A stretch of 62,949 bases of DNA, the filler included, from Octopus bimaculoides (taxonomy: Eukaryota): assembly GCF_001194135.2 (NCBI RefSeq). It is 4 parts of 4 records of this genome, joined end to end, with 100 filler letters (N's around TTAATTAATTAA, not from the genome) between each part and the next. Parts side by side here need not be neighbours in the genome. Positions count along the whole stretch, not along the records: positions 26,814 to 57,767 come from NC_068992.1; 3 more parts are not named here. One strand, given 5' to 3'. Both the position numbers and the translations under genes were made by a program. Below are positions 32,201-46,969 of this stretch, piece by piece. Numbering within the stretch: the first letter of the stretch is position 1; each line of letters opens with the position of its first letter. The notes under the pieces are model-generated. The model did no database searches. It worked only from the letters and a program-made list of their open reading frames with translations, and was not told the DNA's origin.

Positions 32201-35200
32201 TATTCATCTTTGTCTAGTGAACACTCAGCTTACAACTTTTGCCGTTGATACAACCTTGGTAACAGAATTGCTTATTTTCTTTGGATAAATACGAAGAACC
32301 TTTTTTGTGGAAAATCATAGCAGTAGTCAAACGGTGAAAACTAAGTGAAATTGCACACGTAGGATTACTATTATATAGACCAGGACTGAACAGAAGCCTT
32401 GGTTCAGTTATCGTAGCTAGCGAATTTATCTAGTGGACCTTTGAAATGTACCAAGACCTTAGTTACTAACACATTAGTTACTAACAGATTTGAATTGAAA
32501 TCACAACTTGGATACATCGGAGTGATTGCTAAATAAATAGTATCACATGATAATAAGAGAACCTTGCAATAAAACCATCAACTCTGTGTAAGTACAACGG
32601 GTCAGATATGGTTGGATGGGACAGAGAGCAAAAGCCGTGCACCGTTGCAAGAATCAATTCCCAGCCGATGTGAGTATTCATGAAAAAATAGGGAAAAGAA
32701 CAACTATAGAGAATTGAGGCGGAAACTACAGCTCTTATATCCTTATTCGTTCGTATTTTCATAGTTACACTGGCCTACAGAACAAGAAAGACGTTCTCCA
32801 GATAGTAATTCATTACTATGTAAACCTTGTACGCTAAAATAATAGTTCAAAGTAGAATATTTCTGCAAGTTACTGCCAACTTACTGAATGAAATATCAAA
32901 AAAGAGAACTGATATTTGGATAATCCTATAAAAAGTATACATTATATGTATATATAGTAAAGTTCTCTTGAATCTGTTAAAATCAAGCGAATTCCCTGTG
33001 TTACAGGATTAAAACTTGTGATATATTATCAGGAGACATGTGTTGAAAATAACACATAGCACCACGTAATTAAATATTATGGCTATACCTGTTACCGGAG
33101 TGCGTTCGTCCAGGACTACTGCAGGGCAAAACCAACTAGACACGAATACAAAATGATGAAAGATTGGAACTGTCTCCTATGAAGGAACCTATTCTAAATG
33201 AAGTAAGCAATATCGCCGAAATCTGCCGATAGCATGGCTAACCTGTAATGAGTTGACACTTTCTCTCTCTCATAGAGTCGCTACACCTTACCAAAGTTTC
33301 AATTTGTATAGTTGACCAATTGCAAAATCACCTTTATAACTCTTGTCAGAACAGAAGCAATTACAGGTCGACGGGAGTAATTCATGCATGACGGTTTGTT
33401 TGTACTGCGTTCATTACACGTTATAATTATCAGAGGGATAATTAATGTTATTAATTTCCGTTTTGTAATAATCTTAAGTTGTATTTGAGTAATAATTAGG
33501 ACACAAAAAGATATCTTCATTGTAAATAGAAAAAGAGTTTCATCTCAAGTGTTCATATTTAGTTGTTAATCGAGACAAAATTGTTGATCAGACAAGGAGT
33601 GTGACTCTCAATAGCCAATCTATATTTTCTATAACCAAAGGTGGAGGCTACATGTATCTCGGAATATATGGAATATATGCAGAGCGACAAATAAATTTCA
33701 GCGTACTTCAGTAGGTACTGAAATGAAAGGAAAAGGCATTAATCTAAATGCTTTTACAGACCGATGTTAGTACCAACATTTGGTTACTATACTGAACCCT
33801 TGAAAGCATTCGCTACTTGGAAAATAAGGCAATGGAAACTGGTGTCATTGCTGGAAAATTTAACCATATCTAAAAATCTATGGCGTCTATTAATACTAGC
33901 TTGCTCAACTTAGTAAAAATGCATAATTAAGTTCTCTTTTTGTCAGACATTCACCGTTGACTTATGAATTCAGTAATTTCGTCGTAACTTCTGAGTAGGT
34001 GTACAGCATAGTTAATTTAACCAAACTAAATTAGCTGCCATCTCTTTGCTTCCCCGACGTCGGCTAAGAGGAAAATGATGTTCCTTTAATGTAGGGAGAT
34101 TTCTGTAAAATCTGCTTATATTTCATTTGCCTTAACCATCTAGCTATTAATCAACTAGCTATCATACCTTCCAATCAGGGATCTAACATATCGATTTGTA
34201 CGTTGTATAAGGGTTTTAGAAGTTTGTACCCGATGTCTTTGGAACAAAGACATAAAAAGTAACAAAATATTAACCATATTGAAGTATATAGCGAAATATG
34301 TGCCGATCGATTTGATTGTTGGTTTGATTTGTACTTTAACGTGCTTATCAACGTAAATCAGTGATTTTTATCAAAATTATATATTATATGTTACCTTTCT
34401 TTATTTTAGCTTCTTTCGGTTTATTTCTCACAGTATTTTCATTCATTACACGTATTGTCTTGGTAAGCTTCTATTAATATTCATTAGGATTATACACGAT
34501 ATTTGATCTTAAGAATTGCTGAAATATTCACGTTTTGCTTATGACTTATCAAATCCTATAATCCTTAACTCTATGCAGTTACTTGCTATAATTATGAGAA
34601 GCATATTATATCTTTTCAAAATAAGTTTTCCTATCTGCATCTAACTGACATCTTTCCAATAAAAACTTCATCATAAACATTATCTGTAATCCTTTATATC
34701 AACTATATATATTTTCTTTTGTCGACGTGTGATGCGTTTCATCTCGTTAAAATAACGAAAACTCATGCTTCAAGACAAATTATGTGTAGTAATAAACTAC
34801 AATGCAAGAAACATATTTATTTCGTACAACCATGAAACAAATAATGTCAGACATCAAAAGATTGTATCAAATATTGAATATCTGTTTCTGCCAGTGTCTT
34901 TGAAAAACTAGATGTAATTTGATCTCGAGAAAATCATTTTCTCTCAAGGTTACAACAGGAAAAGAAGCGACATTGACTGAATGAGGTTATGTCTTATGAA
35001 TTTGAATTCCAAAATCTCTATTTTATATTCTTTCAATGTACTATGGAGTCAATCAGAATTAGTTTCATATGGAGGTTTCCAAATATTACATTACAAAACC
35101 AAATTCTCCTTAGGTTCCGGTAAAGAAATTTATTAATTTTGGCATTGCCACTTGCTGTGTAAGACCTCGACCTTTTCTAGAAAAAAATATATATTAGTGA

Positions 35201-37177
35201 GAATTCTATTGTACTTAGAAATCATATATTACAGTGTGATTCAAATGACATGAGCTTTGTGTTGTAAAATATGTGAATATATTTGCAGGAATATATCTCG
35301 ATAAATCTTCAAAATTTCTATAGAACGAGTGCTGATAAAATCTAAGATCTTATAGATTGTCAATAAACTATGAATGAAAGAAGTGCCAAACACAGAAAGT
35401 AACTGCAGCAAAATGATCATCTGTAACCAACTAACTCAACCTTTGGAACACAAAATAACAAATATCGAAGAAAGAAATCTAAATTATACCTTAGTTTAAT
35501 TGTTAACTTAATCTGGAAGCCAGTGATGTATTAACAGTAATTAAATGAGAAATTTATTTTGACACAAAAATTTACCACCAATATAACTGGCGTTTGACAG
35601 CCATTTAATCATGCGGTCCTATTAGACATTTTCGAGGCAGGAAGGTACAAAGTAGTTTTCTTGAGATAGGGTTACACACCTACTGTTGAAATTAACCCCT
35701 CGTAATCTCTAGTCTAATATTAAATCTGTTTCTTGAGACATGTCGAATGAGACAAACACTGATAGCATGATGGCCATTATTTAAATTAGTTGCCGGGTGG
35801 TTGAGTGTGTAGATTATGCATGTGTACATTATATAATAAGGAAAATACAAAGAAATAAGTTAATAACGTACTTCATCGGGTATGTGGTCATTTGGATAAA
35901 AGAACTCTATTCAGTTCTCTTTCGCTTGGCTCGCATACAGACTTTATGTAGAGGAGTTTGTTGTCGGTTGATCGGATAAGCCTGATAAGCATACAAAATA
36001 AGGGAAATGCCTATTCATAAACATATATCAATACATAGTACACTCATACAAAATGGACTAAATCTATTTCGAAATCACAGAAATGGATGGCTAATAACCT
36101 ATTGAAACCTTAGTTCGAATTTTATGGTTGAGATACGAACACATACAACACATAGAAAGAGATTTAGATAAAGTAGATTTAAACACATTGCGTCTGAAAA
36201 GAAACACGAGATAGAACTTTGATCAGAGATTTAATTGATCAAGTTTGACCTAAAGGTAATTAACAATAACCGCACCACATAAAAGAACTCTCACACTTTT
36301 ACAGTCATAAATAAATTTAGTATCTCTCTTGCTTTCTTTTACTTTCTCTTTATCTCTCTCTGTATATATATAGGTGTGTGTGTGTGTGCATATACAAAAA
36401 GGAAATGTATGTACAAGTTTAAGCGCCATCTATTTTCAAAGATAACATGATGATAAACTTGACGTCAAAATGATGATATTAATTCTTCATAACAAAATAC
36501 ATTTAGCTTACTTCTAAAACAATTTGGTCGAGATCGCGATACATCGCATTTCGGTCCCGTATGTTCTATGAATATGTTATTACCCCAAATTTATTTTTAA
36601 TTTAATATATAGATTGTTATATAGAATATATCCATTTATTCCATGGTCTGTTACATTATTTTAATCATAACACTTGACTGAAAGCATTTTGATATATTTC
36701 TTGTTGTCGCCGCTTAAATTGTTTTCACATCGATAGTTGTTTCTGACTCTGATTTTGTTTTTGTAGTTCATGGAAAAGCTGTTGTTTGTAAACGAAAACT
36801 TAATGAACTACAGCTGACTACATTTCGTCCATCCTTCATTGTTCAATTAAATCTGTCTATTCCAACAATTTTTACTTTAATTCCCTCTGATCTCCATTCA
36901 ATTAAAAGAAATAACTTAAAATGGAAACCTCTTAACAATTAAGAATGCTTAGTTTAACTAAAAGCAACAACAAGAAAAAAAAATGGAATACAGCCTACAC
37001 ACATTAGACACGTCAAATTATAGTTAGAAAACGTTTATTAAAATTTACACACCAGACATACATACAGACATACATTCACGCGTAAAGTGTAATGATGTAT
37101 GCGTATACACACCTATTCTTTTATAAACTAAGTAATGTATATAATTTTGCATCCGTATATACCATATATACGCACTA

Positions 37178-37184
<7 letters not shown>

Positions 37185-37231
<47 letters not shown>

Positions 37232-37336
37232 GTGTATACACACACACATATATGCACATATGTCTATATATTTATATATACATATATACATATATACGTG
37301 TGTGTGTACATATATGTATGTATATGAATATATATA

Positions 37337-37422
<86 letters not shown>

Positions 37423-37440
37423 NNNNNNNNNNNNNNNNNN

Positions 37441-37478
<38 letters not shown>

Positions 37479-37480
37479 AA
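37185..37480. repeat. (TG)n/(TA)n compound microsatellite; similar blocks at 38570-38850, 39205-39285, 39666-39727, 44750-44804, 45360-45620 and 53230-54070
   Basis: Direct reading. These produce the IY/CV/HT-rich ORFs in the track. Confidence 0.95.
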
Positions 37481-38617
37481 CAGACATACATAGGTATATA
37501 AACATAACTGCATACGTAAATATGTCTAAAATCATAAATATCTAACGCGCAATTATATATAAGCGAATATCACATATATATGTGTGTGTGTGTGTGTTCA
37601 TATACAAACGTACACACATAGTTGGTCTACATACAATTTCCATCAGCTAGACATGACACATGACAAGTACCTTTAATAGGGATATTTCTGCCCAGTTGGA
37701 AAGCAAGATCTTTTCTTTTTAAATCGAAACCAGCCACCAGTGCATACAGTAAACGTTGCTTCTACTGCGAAACGATATCGTCCAAAAGGAAAGCAGGGGC
37801 CGTTAATGGCGTATATTTATTGTGCATTCATCCATGTGTTTATGCAGGCATACATGCGTTTCTTTCTGTACGCGTGTGTATGTATATATATATGTATATA
37901 CATACATGCACTTGCCTATCAATACACAGTCACACACATATATGTCTGTATAAAGACATCTGTTTCTCTGCTTACATATATAAATATATATACCTATGCA
38001 TACATACACACTATTTTTCTCGACCATATGTAATTTACTTCAATACACTTCATTTAACAAACAGACATATCATTAAATACATATAATAAATATATATTAA
38101 AATCCATATGTAATAAACAGACATATACCTATGTAGTTATTTCAATATACTTCATGTGGCACATACATATTAGTAATTTACTCACAGGTGCACACTTGCA
38201 CGCAGAAATACGTATACACATAGAAACACATAGAAATACATATACACATGTGTATATCAATACAATATGCGCGTATGACTGTGTATGTATGTGTGTTTGT
38301 GAGTGTCTGTGAGTGTATCTATACATACATACACACACACGCACATACGGTGACACATATATATTATTATGTACAAACTTATCTATATAGATATCTGTAT
38401 ATATTAATGAATGCATACACATCCATTCATAATTTACGTTTGTCTGATGAAGTATTTTCATGTGTACGTAAGTGTTTCGATGCTTAACTGTGATTTACAC
38501 ACCCAAATACAGAATATTTCATATAATGAAATTTAAAAAAAACCCAGACCAGCGTACATACATACCAGCGTACGCGCACACTCACTCACACACACACACA
38601 CATACACACACACACAT

Positions 38618-38652
<35 letters not shown>

Positions 38653-38742
38653 CATACATACACACACACATATATATTTATACATATGCAATAGTGTTTG
38701 TATGTGTGTGTATATATGGTTACACGCATATGCATATAGTAT

Positions 38743-38801
<59 letters not shown>

Positions 38802-39201
38802 TATGTGTCTGCGTCTGTGTGTGTTTGTATGCGTGTGAGTGTTTGTGCTTGTAAGTATATATGTTTATACCAATCTGTGTCGATGCAAGCACTCTGATCT
38901 TAAAATTCACACAAACTTCCAGTCAATAAGCGAAACACTAAAACACACACGCACACATTTATATCTATCTCGGATATATATGGAAGAACAACAGACTATA
39001 ATCAATTAAGTGATGACTCTCATAGATAAAGCTGTCTATTTAATTTAAATTTCAACTTGATTTAGCATTTGGTTTTTCTTTCAGATTTTGGCTAGTTTTT
39101 ATTTAAGAATTTTAAGACATTTATTTTCATTTTAGTCCTCATAAGCACTTACATTGCATACGCACATATATTGACAATACTTATATAATACACACATATT
39201 A

Positions 39202-39290
<89 letters not shown>

Positions 39291-39661
39291 TGGATATACA
39301 CACAAAAATACCTCTATATCACTGTGCGTGTCTGCGCGTAAGTAACTGTGTGGGAGACCGCGCGTTTGTGCTATGCGTGTGTTAATGCACGTGTGTTCTG
39401 GTTTGAATTGGTGCTAATATTCGTGTACTCTATGTGAAAGTTAGGTTTTTCTTTTAATACCTTTTTAAAACATCACTTTTGAAACAGTTGTCTTAACTAT
39501 GACATTCTTTTCGATTTATATTCATTCGTGTATATGTGTCTATATACGTCTTGCGTGTTTGTGCATGTGTGTGTATGTATGTATATGTATATATATATGT
39601 GTGTGTTTGCGTGTAGAATTATATACAGACATATATTTATATGTAGAAGTATTTATAGACC

Positions 39662-39729
<68 letters not shown>

Positions 39730-42382
39730 TATATGCATAAATACAGACTATCAACTAAGGAAATCAATAGCAATAACAGAGGAGATGTACTTGTATGTTT
39801 GTTTTCTTCAACATTTTAATTGGAAGGAAATTGTCACTTTTTCTCCAACACAACCATTACATGTTTGACGTTAAGAGCTGTAGATTTCCGAAAAATCCAA
39901 AGTTCCAAATCAAATAAATGATAGTAGCAACAATAAAAACAACAACATCATCACCATCATCATCATCATCGTCATAATCTTCGAAAACAACAGCAACAAA
40001 AACAAATAGCATTATTTATATTAGTACTAAAACTTTTATGCTAGTAATAAGTTTAATCAATATACTAATGATATTACAATAAATAAAAGAAAAGAATAAC
40101 GAGTATTTAATAATTAGTAATAATACTAGTGATAATACTAATACTAATAACATAAATGATAATAAACGCAACACATTAAATGAATCTTTTTTTGAATCTC
40201 AAACAGCTGCGTTTCAAACCACAAGGATTCTAGAATCACTTCGGTTTCTTTCTCGAACCACTTTATCAATGCTTTAATGGAATAAATTGCTGAAGTTTAT
40301 TTCTTGGTTTCGATTTTATTGAATCATTTGTTTTTGTTAGAAATTTTCCATTGTGTTTTGTGCGTTTTCGCTTGGCTTTGCATGAATAATAGTTTCTTAT
40401 CTATTTTTCGATTATTTTGTTTACTTTTTTTTTTTTACCTTAAAACGTTGAGTTTACTTCAATTTGTATTTTTCATGTCTTTTGTATGTAATGCATGTAT
40501 GCATGTATGCATCTCTACATGTGTACATCTCTACATGTGTACATGTGTACATAGTGGGTGTACGTGTAATGGTGTGCGTATTTATGTTCGTTTGATAATG
40601 ACATGTTTTATTCGTTGCTTTTTTTAATGGTTTTAAGACTCTAATTGCTTCATTCAACTGGAGTATTATCTACTTCTAAGTATTATTGGAACACTTAGTA
40701 ACATGTCGTAAATCATTCCTATAAATGCCGAGTGCCCTTTTAGTGTTATAGAAAGATGTTGAATCAAATCATTGATACTATCGTAAATATATTACTGTGC
40801 AAATATGTACACTGCCTCCCAAGAGCGAACACAGTCCTTCTTTGTTATCGCAGAGTAACTGTGGAAGAGAACTAATGCAATCATGAGAGTGATATAACAC
40901 ACTACTTTACAATGACGTATAAAACTATGAATATAGATGCCATTTTAGGTTTATAGCAGAATAACTCTTTAGAATATATTTTCGAATCCTCGCTGGTATC
41001 ATAATGTATCATTACATAATGCGTGTGTCGATATCTCAATTGAAGTCTTCTTATGGTATTATATCAGAATGAATAGATTTAATGGAACCGTTTCTAGTCA
41101 CGGAAATTTTAGCCACAAATTGTTTTATTATTCTGATTAGACCTACGTTTTATGGTAACATTTGAATGAAAGACAAATCATTATTAGATAGGAGAGAATG
41201 TACAAGTCATATTAAACATAGGAGATTTTTATAAGTAGGAAGAATTCAACACTGAGGTGGACATGTAGAAATAGTTGAGGCTATTAACCGCGTCCCATTT
41301 TGTTATAATCAGTATGTAAGCTGTATAGAGAGACAAGGACTTGGGAGGAACATATATATATATATAAATGACTGTGGTCCAATATATACCATCACCGATA
41401 AGAACGTGTTAAATAAATGCACAAATTATTGTATAAATGCACCATACATGCACACACACACACACACACACACATACACCCGCATGCCCGCACGCACGCA
41501 CACACATAATATGAATAATATATATAAATACTTATATACATGTCACGCACACATAAATATATACGCGTATGTGTTTGTGTGTGCGTATATTTTTGTTTGT
41601 ATGTATGAATATTTTTTACAAATGTTTATTTTCCCATGTGTGCGTAGGAATACTAAATGAATAGGATAAAACTACTTTGTACGGGAAAGTCAATCAGTAA
41701 AAAGAGATTATCCCACCTCTGTCACTACTCACAGCTCCTTGCTACTGTCTTTCACAGCGTAAAAACGTGTAACAAAGGCCCTTCTCAATTATTATTAGTA
41801 GAATACGCGATGGAGCTGTATTATTACTTCAAATTAATGAATATCTAACTATCGATATGTGAGTGTATGCCTGTGTATGAGTGTATATGTATATTTGTAT
41901 ATCTGCACATGTATGTCCCTACGCGTGCATGTATGTTCCTATGTGTGTCTTTGTTCTTGCGTGCCTGAGATAGAAGCTCAATATGTAACGTCGTACAGAC
42001 GATTAATTTCATATAGAAAAGTCCAATGCCTAAGAAGAAGCATTATTTTACTGAGAACTGATGAAGAAATCAGGTAGTTTCTTAGATTTCCTAAAATCAA
42101 AATAAATTGTAACTTGTCTCTAATTCTAGAGCTTTCTGCGGCTTGTGTGGCTATATTATTCAGTATGTATGAGAATGGTGACAATGCAGATCTAGCATCA
42201 TCTTACGATACAGACGTACATACATAGATATATAAACATAAATACATACAAACATACGTACGGATATTCATATATACAGAGATGTTGGACTTCGTTTTTG
42301 CGGCAAATCGGATGAGTTATTTCCAACTGCACTGGCTTCAACATTACATTAATCACAAGGTAAAAATATATATTTTCAAGAT

Positions 42383-42745
42383 AGGTGCAGGCGTAGCTGT
42401 GTGGTAAGAAGATTGCTTCCCATACACATGGTTCCAGGTTCGGTCCCACTGCGTGCCACCTCGGGCAGGTGTATTCTAATTTAGACATGGTCTGACCAAA
42501 GTCTTGTAAGTGGAATTGGTAGATGGAAACTGAAAACAGCCCATCATATATATATATATATATTTAAACCAATGAAAAGGAGAAGAGAGTGAGACGTCTT
42601 TAATTATAAGTTACAATTGTTTCCGTACCATCTCTATTTGCAACGCCAGTTTACGCAAAAAATACTAAATGAAAAATCACGTAATCTTTCCAGATTTAGG
42701 CATTAGAGAAGCACTTCATCACAATTGCATCGTCGGCGTTTTTTT

Positions 42746-42841
<96 letters not shown>

Positions 42842-43061
42842 TGTGTGACATATCTTTGCGTGCGACATGTTGTGCGACATATCTATGCGTGTGTGTTTAC
42901 GTCCCCGTAATCTATCAATTCTTCAAAATAGACCGGTGAAATAAATACTAGGCTTAAAAATATAGTTCTGGGGCGATTTGTTCGACTAATATCTTTCAAG
43001 GCGTTGCTCCAGCATGACCGCAGTCAAATGCCTGGGACATGTAACAGATAGAAAGTAAAAG
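42383..43061 (+). mobile_element. Diverged SINE family A: head 42383-42562, (TA)n(TG)n, tail 42880-43061
   Basis: Head and tail each align with the 12909-13389 copy. About 190 bp of unrelated sequence lies between two microsatellites. Confidence 0.7.
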
Positions 43062-44454
43062 ATTAGCTGATCAAGCTAATAAATTCTAATTTTGAAATTC
43101 CTCCATTAACCCTCATTAGGCTTAATGTCTTCTAAAAGTCCTTCCTGTTTTACATGAAATGACCATATTTCGGCATTTTGCCGATGGAGAATACATGAGA
43201 GGTCATAGATTGGATGATTATTCTTTTACCGCTTATGTGTTATTTATTTACTGAAGAACTCTACAAAATAAAACACAGTATCAGTTTTATTTGAGGCTGT
43301 AAAGTAAAATTAAATATTTTTGACATGTCTGCAGAGCTAGAGGTGATTCAATATTGTAACAGTTTCAAACAAAAATCTCACTTTCACAAGACCCCTTTCG
43401 AGTGCAACACTTTTCATTAGAATGACATGTCTTTGATAGTATTCTTGTAAGTGTGTTTTGTTTTCAAAGCAACAGTTTAATCATAATTATTCGAAAGGGT
43501 AAGCATTTTTACATCCCTGATATTGTTAGATGTGGGAACATCCGATTTAAAATACTAATCTCACATATTCGGAAACTCTTGGAGCAATTCGTGAGATGAT
43601 GTATGTCAGGTAGTCGGATAATTCTATTTACTGATGATTAAAAAATACATTGAAGGATTTCTAGAAGCTTACTGAATTTTTGTTTGCTGTTCAGGAAAGA
43701 ATAAAGTTCAGTTTTATGCTTTACAGCTTATCTTGGACAGTTATTGTTTCTGGTGGATTAGGACAGTATCGGGTTCTGTCATAAACAAGGCAGCGGTAGA
43801 TTTCGCTTCCTTAGAGGAATACATTAGCTTTCATTCAATGTTATTAATTAAGCCTGCTGTTATACGACATATGTAGAATATCCTATTTTATCATATTTTA
43901 TTGATAATAATCATCTGCAATAACAAAATGATAATGAACTTAAATTGAAGTAAATTCTTTGAAATTACCGCAAGTATTGCTATTTTAGTAGAGAAATGCG
44001 AAAGTAATAAAAGTCATTTAACAATGCTAATTTGGAGAAATAATTGATTTCTTGCTTGCAAAATTGAAAATGCTAATATTGTAGTTTTATGTTATGCAAT
44101 ATGCATAAACCTAACAGAAAATATACTTAAGGATCAACATTTGCTCATTCCGTAATGTATTTACAAATACGCAATCACAGCAGCCGTGTCTATTGAAAGG
44201 CTCTCGGAGAGGTTCCAGGTAGAAATTAAGGTTTGTAGGTCTATAAGATATTCTTCCTGCTCAGTAAACGTCATTTCCTACTTGGTGGTAACAGAACCAC
44301 ACTAAATACAGAACCAACCATTCTAGTACGGATATTTCTTATTTCTTTCTCTTCTCCTCCCATACTTTACTCGTTTTCTTTCCTTTCGATCACTCCTCTT
44401 TCTCCTTCTAGTTCTCTATCCCTCTTGGAGAGATTGTTCGTATTGGAAAGTGTC

Positions 44455-44700
44455 TAACAGGAGCTGCCCAATATGCTCAGTGAGCAATATATATATTGCT
44501 CAAAACAGTTTGATTCTGCTACCGTGCTATTTCCAGTTTCAAATCGAAGTCCGTAACGAAGCCTCTCGTCAAGCTGGTTAGAATTCGAATTCTGACAAGC
44601 CTGACAACAGGCTTCCGAACTTGAAGACCGCCTAACGAGAAGCTCCGTTAGAGGCTCCGAAACTTGAAGTAGCACAGAATCCGATTCAATCTGTTTTGAA
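44455..44700 (+). mobile_element. Probable Penelope-like end with tandem degenerate hammerhead-like units
   Basis: CTGACAA...GAAC-TTGAAG followed by CTAACGA...GAAAC-TTGAA-GTA, with several perfect palindromes nearby. Confidence 0.4.
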
Positions 44701-44746
44701 TAATACATGTAAATGTGTTGAGTACAATTTGTTTTGTTTGTCCACT

Positions 44747-44804
<58 letters not shown>

Positions 44805-45418
44805 NNNNNNNNNNNNNNNNNNNNNNNNNNNNNNNNNNNNNNNNNNNNNNNNNNNNNNNNNNNNNNNNNNNNNNNNNNNNNNNNNNNNNNNNNNNNNNNN
44901 NNNNNNNNNNNNNNNNNNNNNNNNNNNNNNNNNNNNNNNNNNNNNNNNNNNNNNNNNNNNNNNNNNNNNNNNNNNNNNNNNNNNNNNNNNNNNNNNNNNN
45001 NNNNNNNNNNNNNNNNNNNNNNNNNNNNNNNNNNNNNNNNNNNNNNNNNNNNNNNNNNNNNNNNNNNNNNNNNNNNNNNNNNNNNNNNNNNNNNNNNNNN
45101 NNNNNNNNNNNNNNNNNNNNNNNATATATGTATTAAAGGAATAAAACTTACATTGTAAAGTTTGGTAACACGGATTGACACAGACAGCTTTGTAACGGCA
45201 CTAATAGCAGTGCAGAGAGAGGTCAGAACAACGTTATGTGTCTAAAAATCACAATGTGGCTTATGCACGGTTCTACCGAATTTGCTACACTATGGTTATC
45301 CTTTATTCAAATAGAATTAGCACGTTTATTTCCGATACACATACGCTCACAAAAACACACACACACACGCACACACATACACACACAAATAATCACACAC
45401 AAAGACACACACATTCAC

Positions 45419-45455
<37 letters not shown>

Positions 45456-45478
45456 CGTATGTATGTATATATATATAT

Positions 45479-45568
<90 letters not shown>

Positions 45569-46166
45569 CTGTCTGTCTGTGTGCGTGTGTGTGTCTATAT
45601 ATGTGTGTGTATATATATGCATATGTTTATATAAATATATTATTGTTAAACTAATTTTGTCATTTTAAAATTACTTTCCTTATTAAATCTCTTGAAAATA
45701 ATGCTACGATGAATTTCTCTTTGCAATTATCTAGTGTAATGCCTCTTTTCAATTATGTATTGTTAATATAGGGAAATAGATTTTCCATTTTGCATTTGCT
45801 TACAAGATATATTTATGTTTGTGTGTACTTATGTACATATGAATGTTTGTGTGTGTGTACACATACATCTCCATACATACGCGGTCATAAACAGAGGCAT
45901 GTACCTACACATGTAAATGCATGCACACACATGTAAAGTCGGTTTGAAACCTACACAGGCTTCTCTTAACAATAGGTATTTGATTCAAATGATACTGTTA
46001 ATGAGTGACGTGGTTATGCACTTTGCTTCGCGCATACGTGGTTTCTAGTTCAATTCTACTGCTTCGTGCCTTTAAGAAGCACATCTTTTCGTATACATGT
46101 GTTGACGTTGTTTTGTCAATAGACATGAAGTTTCTCAGTCGTCTAACAGAAGCCCGTCTCTTGCAG

Positions 46167-46254
46167 GCTTTCGATTACCGAACGGAGAGATAAAGAAAGC
46201 CCAAGATGGCTAAAGGAAGATAAGGTGTAATTAGTCGACGAAGCGGATCACGTG
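46167..46254 (+). pseudogene. Inverted degenerate copy of the candidate exon at 46390-46480
   Basis: 47/56 identical and gapless from the splice acceptor (TCTCTTGCAG/GCTTTCGATTACCG). Reads FRLPNGEIKKAQDG*RKI. Confidence 0.5.
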
Positions 46255-46290
46255 GTATTGTCAAGGAATATAAGTTGCTCAGCGTCACCA

Positions 46291-46299
46291 GTTCGCAGG

Positions 46300-46357
<58 letters not shown>
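46291..46357. repeat. (TA)n microsatellite between the two inverted exon-like copies
   Basis: Direct reading. Confidence 0.95.
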
Positions 46358-46360
<3 letters not shown>

Positions 46361-46389
46361 TGTGCATATGCACACTCACACACATTCAC

Positions 46390-46480
46390 CGGATTTTTTT
46401 GAGCGGCTTTGACCAATACCAGTCTATCTTCCGGTAGCGATCATGGAATTTCTGTATCTCTCCATTCGGTAATCGGAAGC
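46390..46480 (-). CDS. Candidate 91-nt internal coding exon of an unidentified gene (FRLPNGEIQKFHDRYRKIDWYWSKPLKKI)
   Basis: Acceptor TTTTTCCCTTTCAG, donor CCG/GTGAAT, one open frame. An inverted degenerate copy at 46167-46254 has synonymous differences and stops. Confidence 0.4.
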
Positions 46481-46938
46481 CTGAAAGGGAAAAACATGTG
46501 GTAGAGATCTTCGAAACTTAAAGCCACATAGACCGGATCAAAATGTTGTAAACAATATATGTGTGTTTGTGTGTGTGTCTGGTTGGCGATGCAAAATGGA
46601 ACTCAAATTATGAGTATATATTGTATATATTGAGCACAGTAACAGAGTGACTTATTTAACACGCATCTCATTAAAACTCAAATTGACTCAAATATAATCG
46701 CTATGCTACATTGGAAGACGCATTTCTTAGTAATTAAAGATTATATTTTAACTGATGTGTGTAACATTTTAACATATATGTCCTGGCTCAAAGAATTATC
46801 AACATGTGTCGTGCTTGCAATCTAAAAGCGAAACTCATTCACCCAAAGTATTGAAAGAGAAGTAATTTCTTATGTATTCTTTAACTTGAATTTTAATCGT
46901 CTCTCCTATTCTCCCAAATGTTTCTTCACTTTCACAAA

Positions 46939-46969
<31 letters not shown>

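Noticed and set aside
32590-32720. VRYGWMGQRA resembling an IS630/Tc1 transposase motif
   Set aside because: A single short match with no flanking DDE context.
33085-33200. Possible minus-strand exon bounded by AG and GT
   Set aside because: All three frames contain stops before the donor.
42057-42105. CTGATGA-AGAAATC...GATTTC as a fifth hammerhead
   Set aside because: No GAAA after the stem and no stem I pairing.
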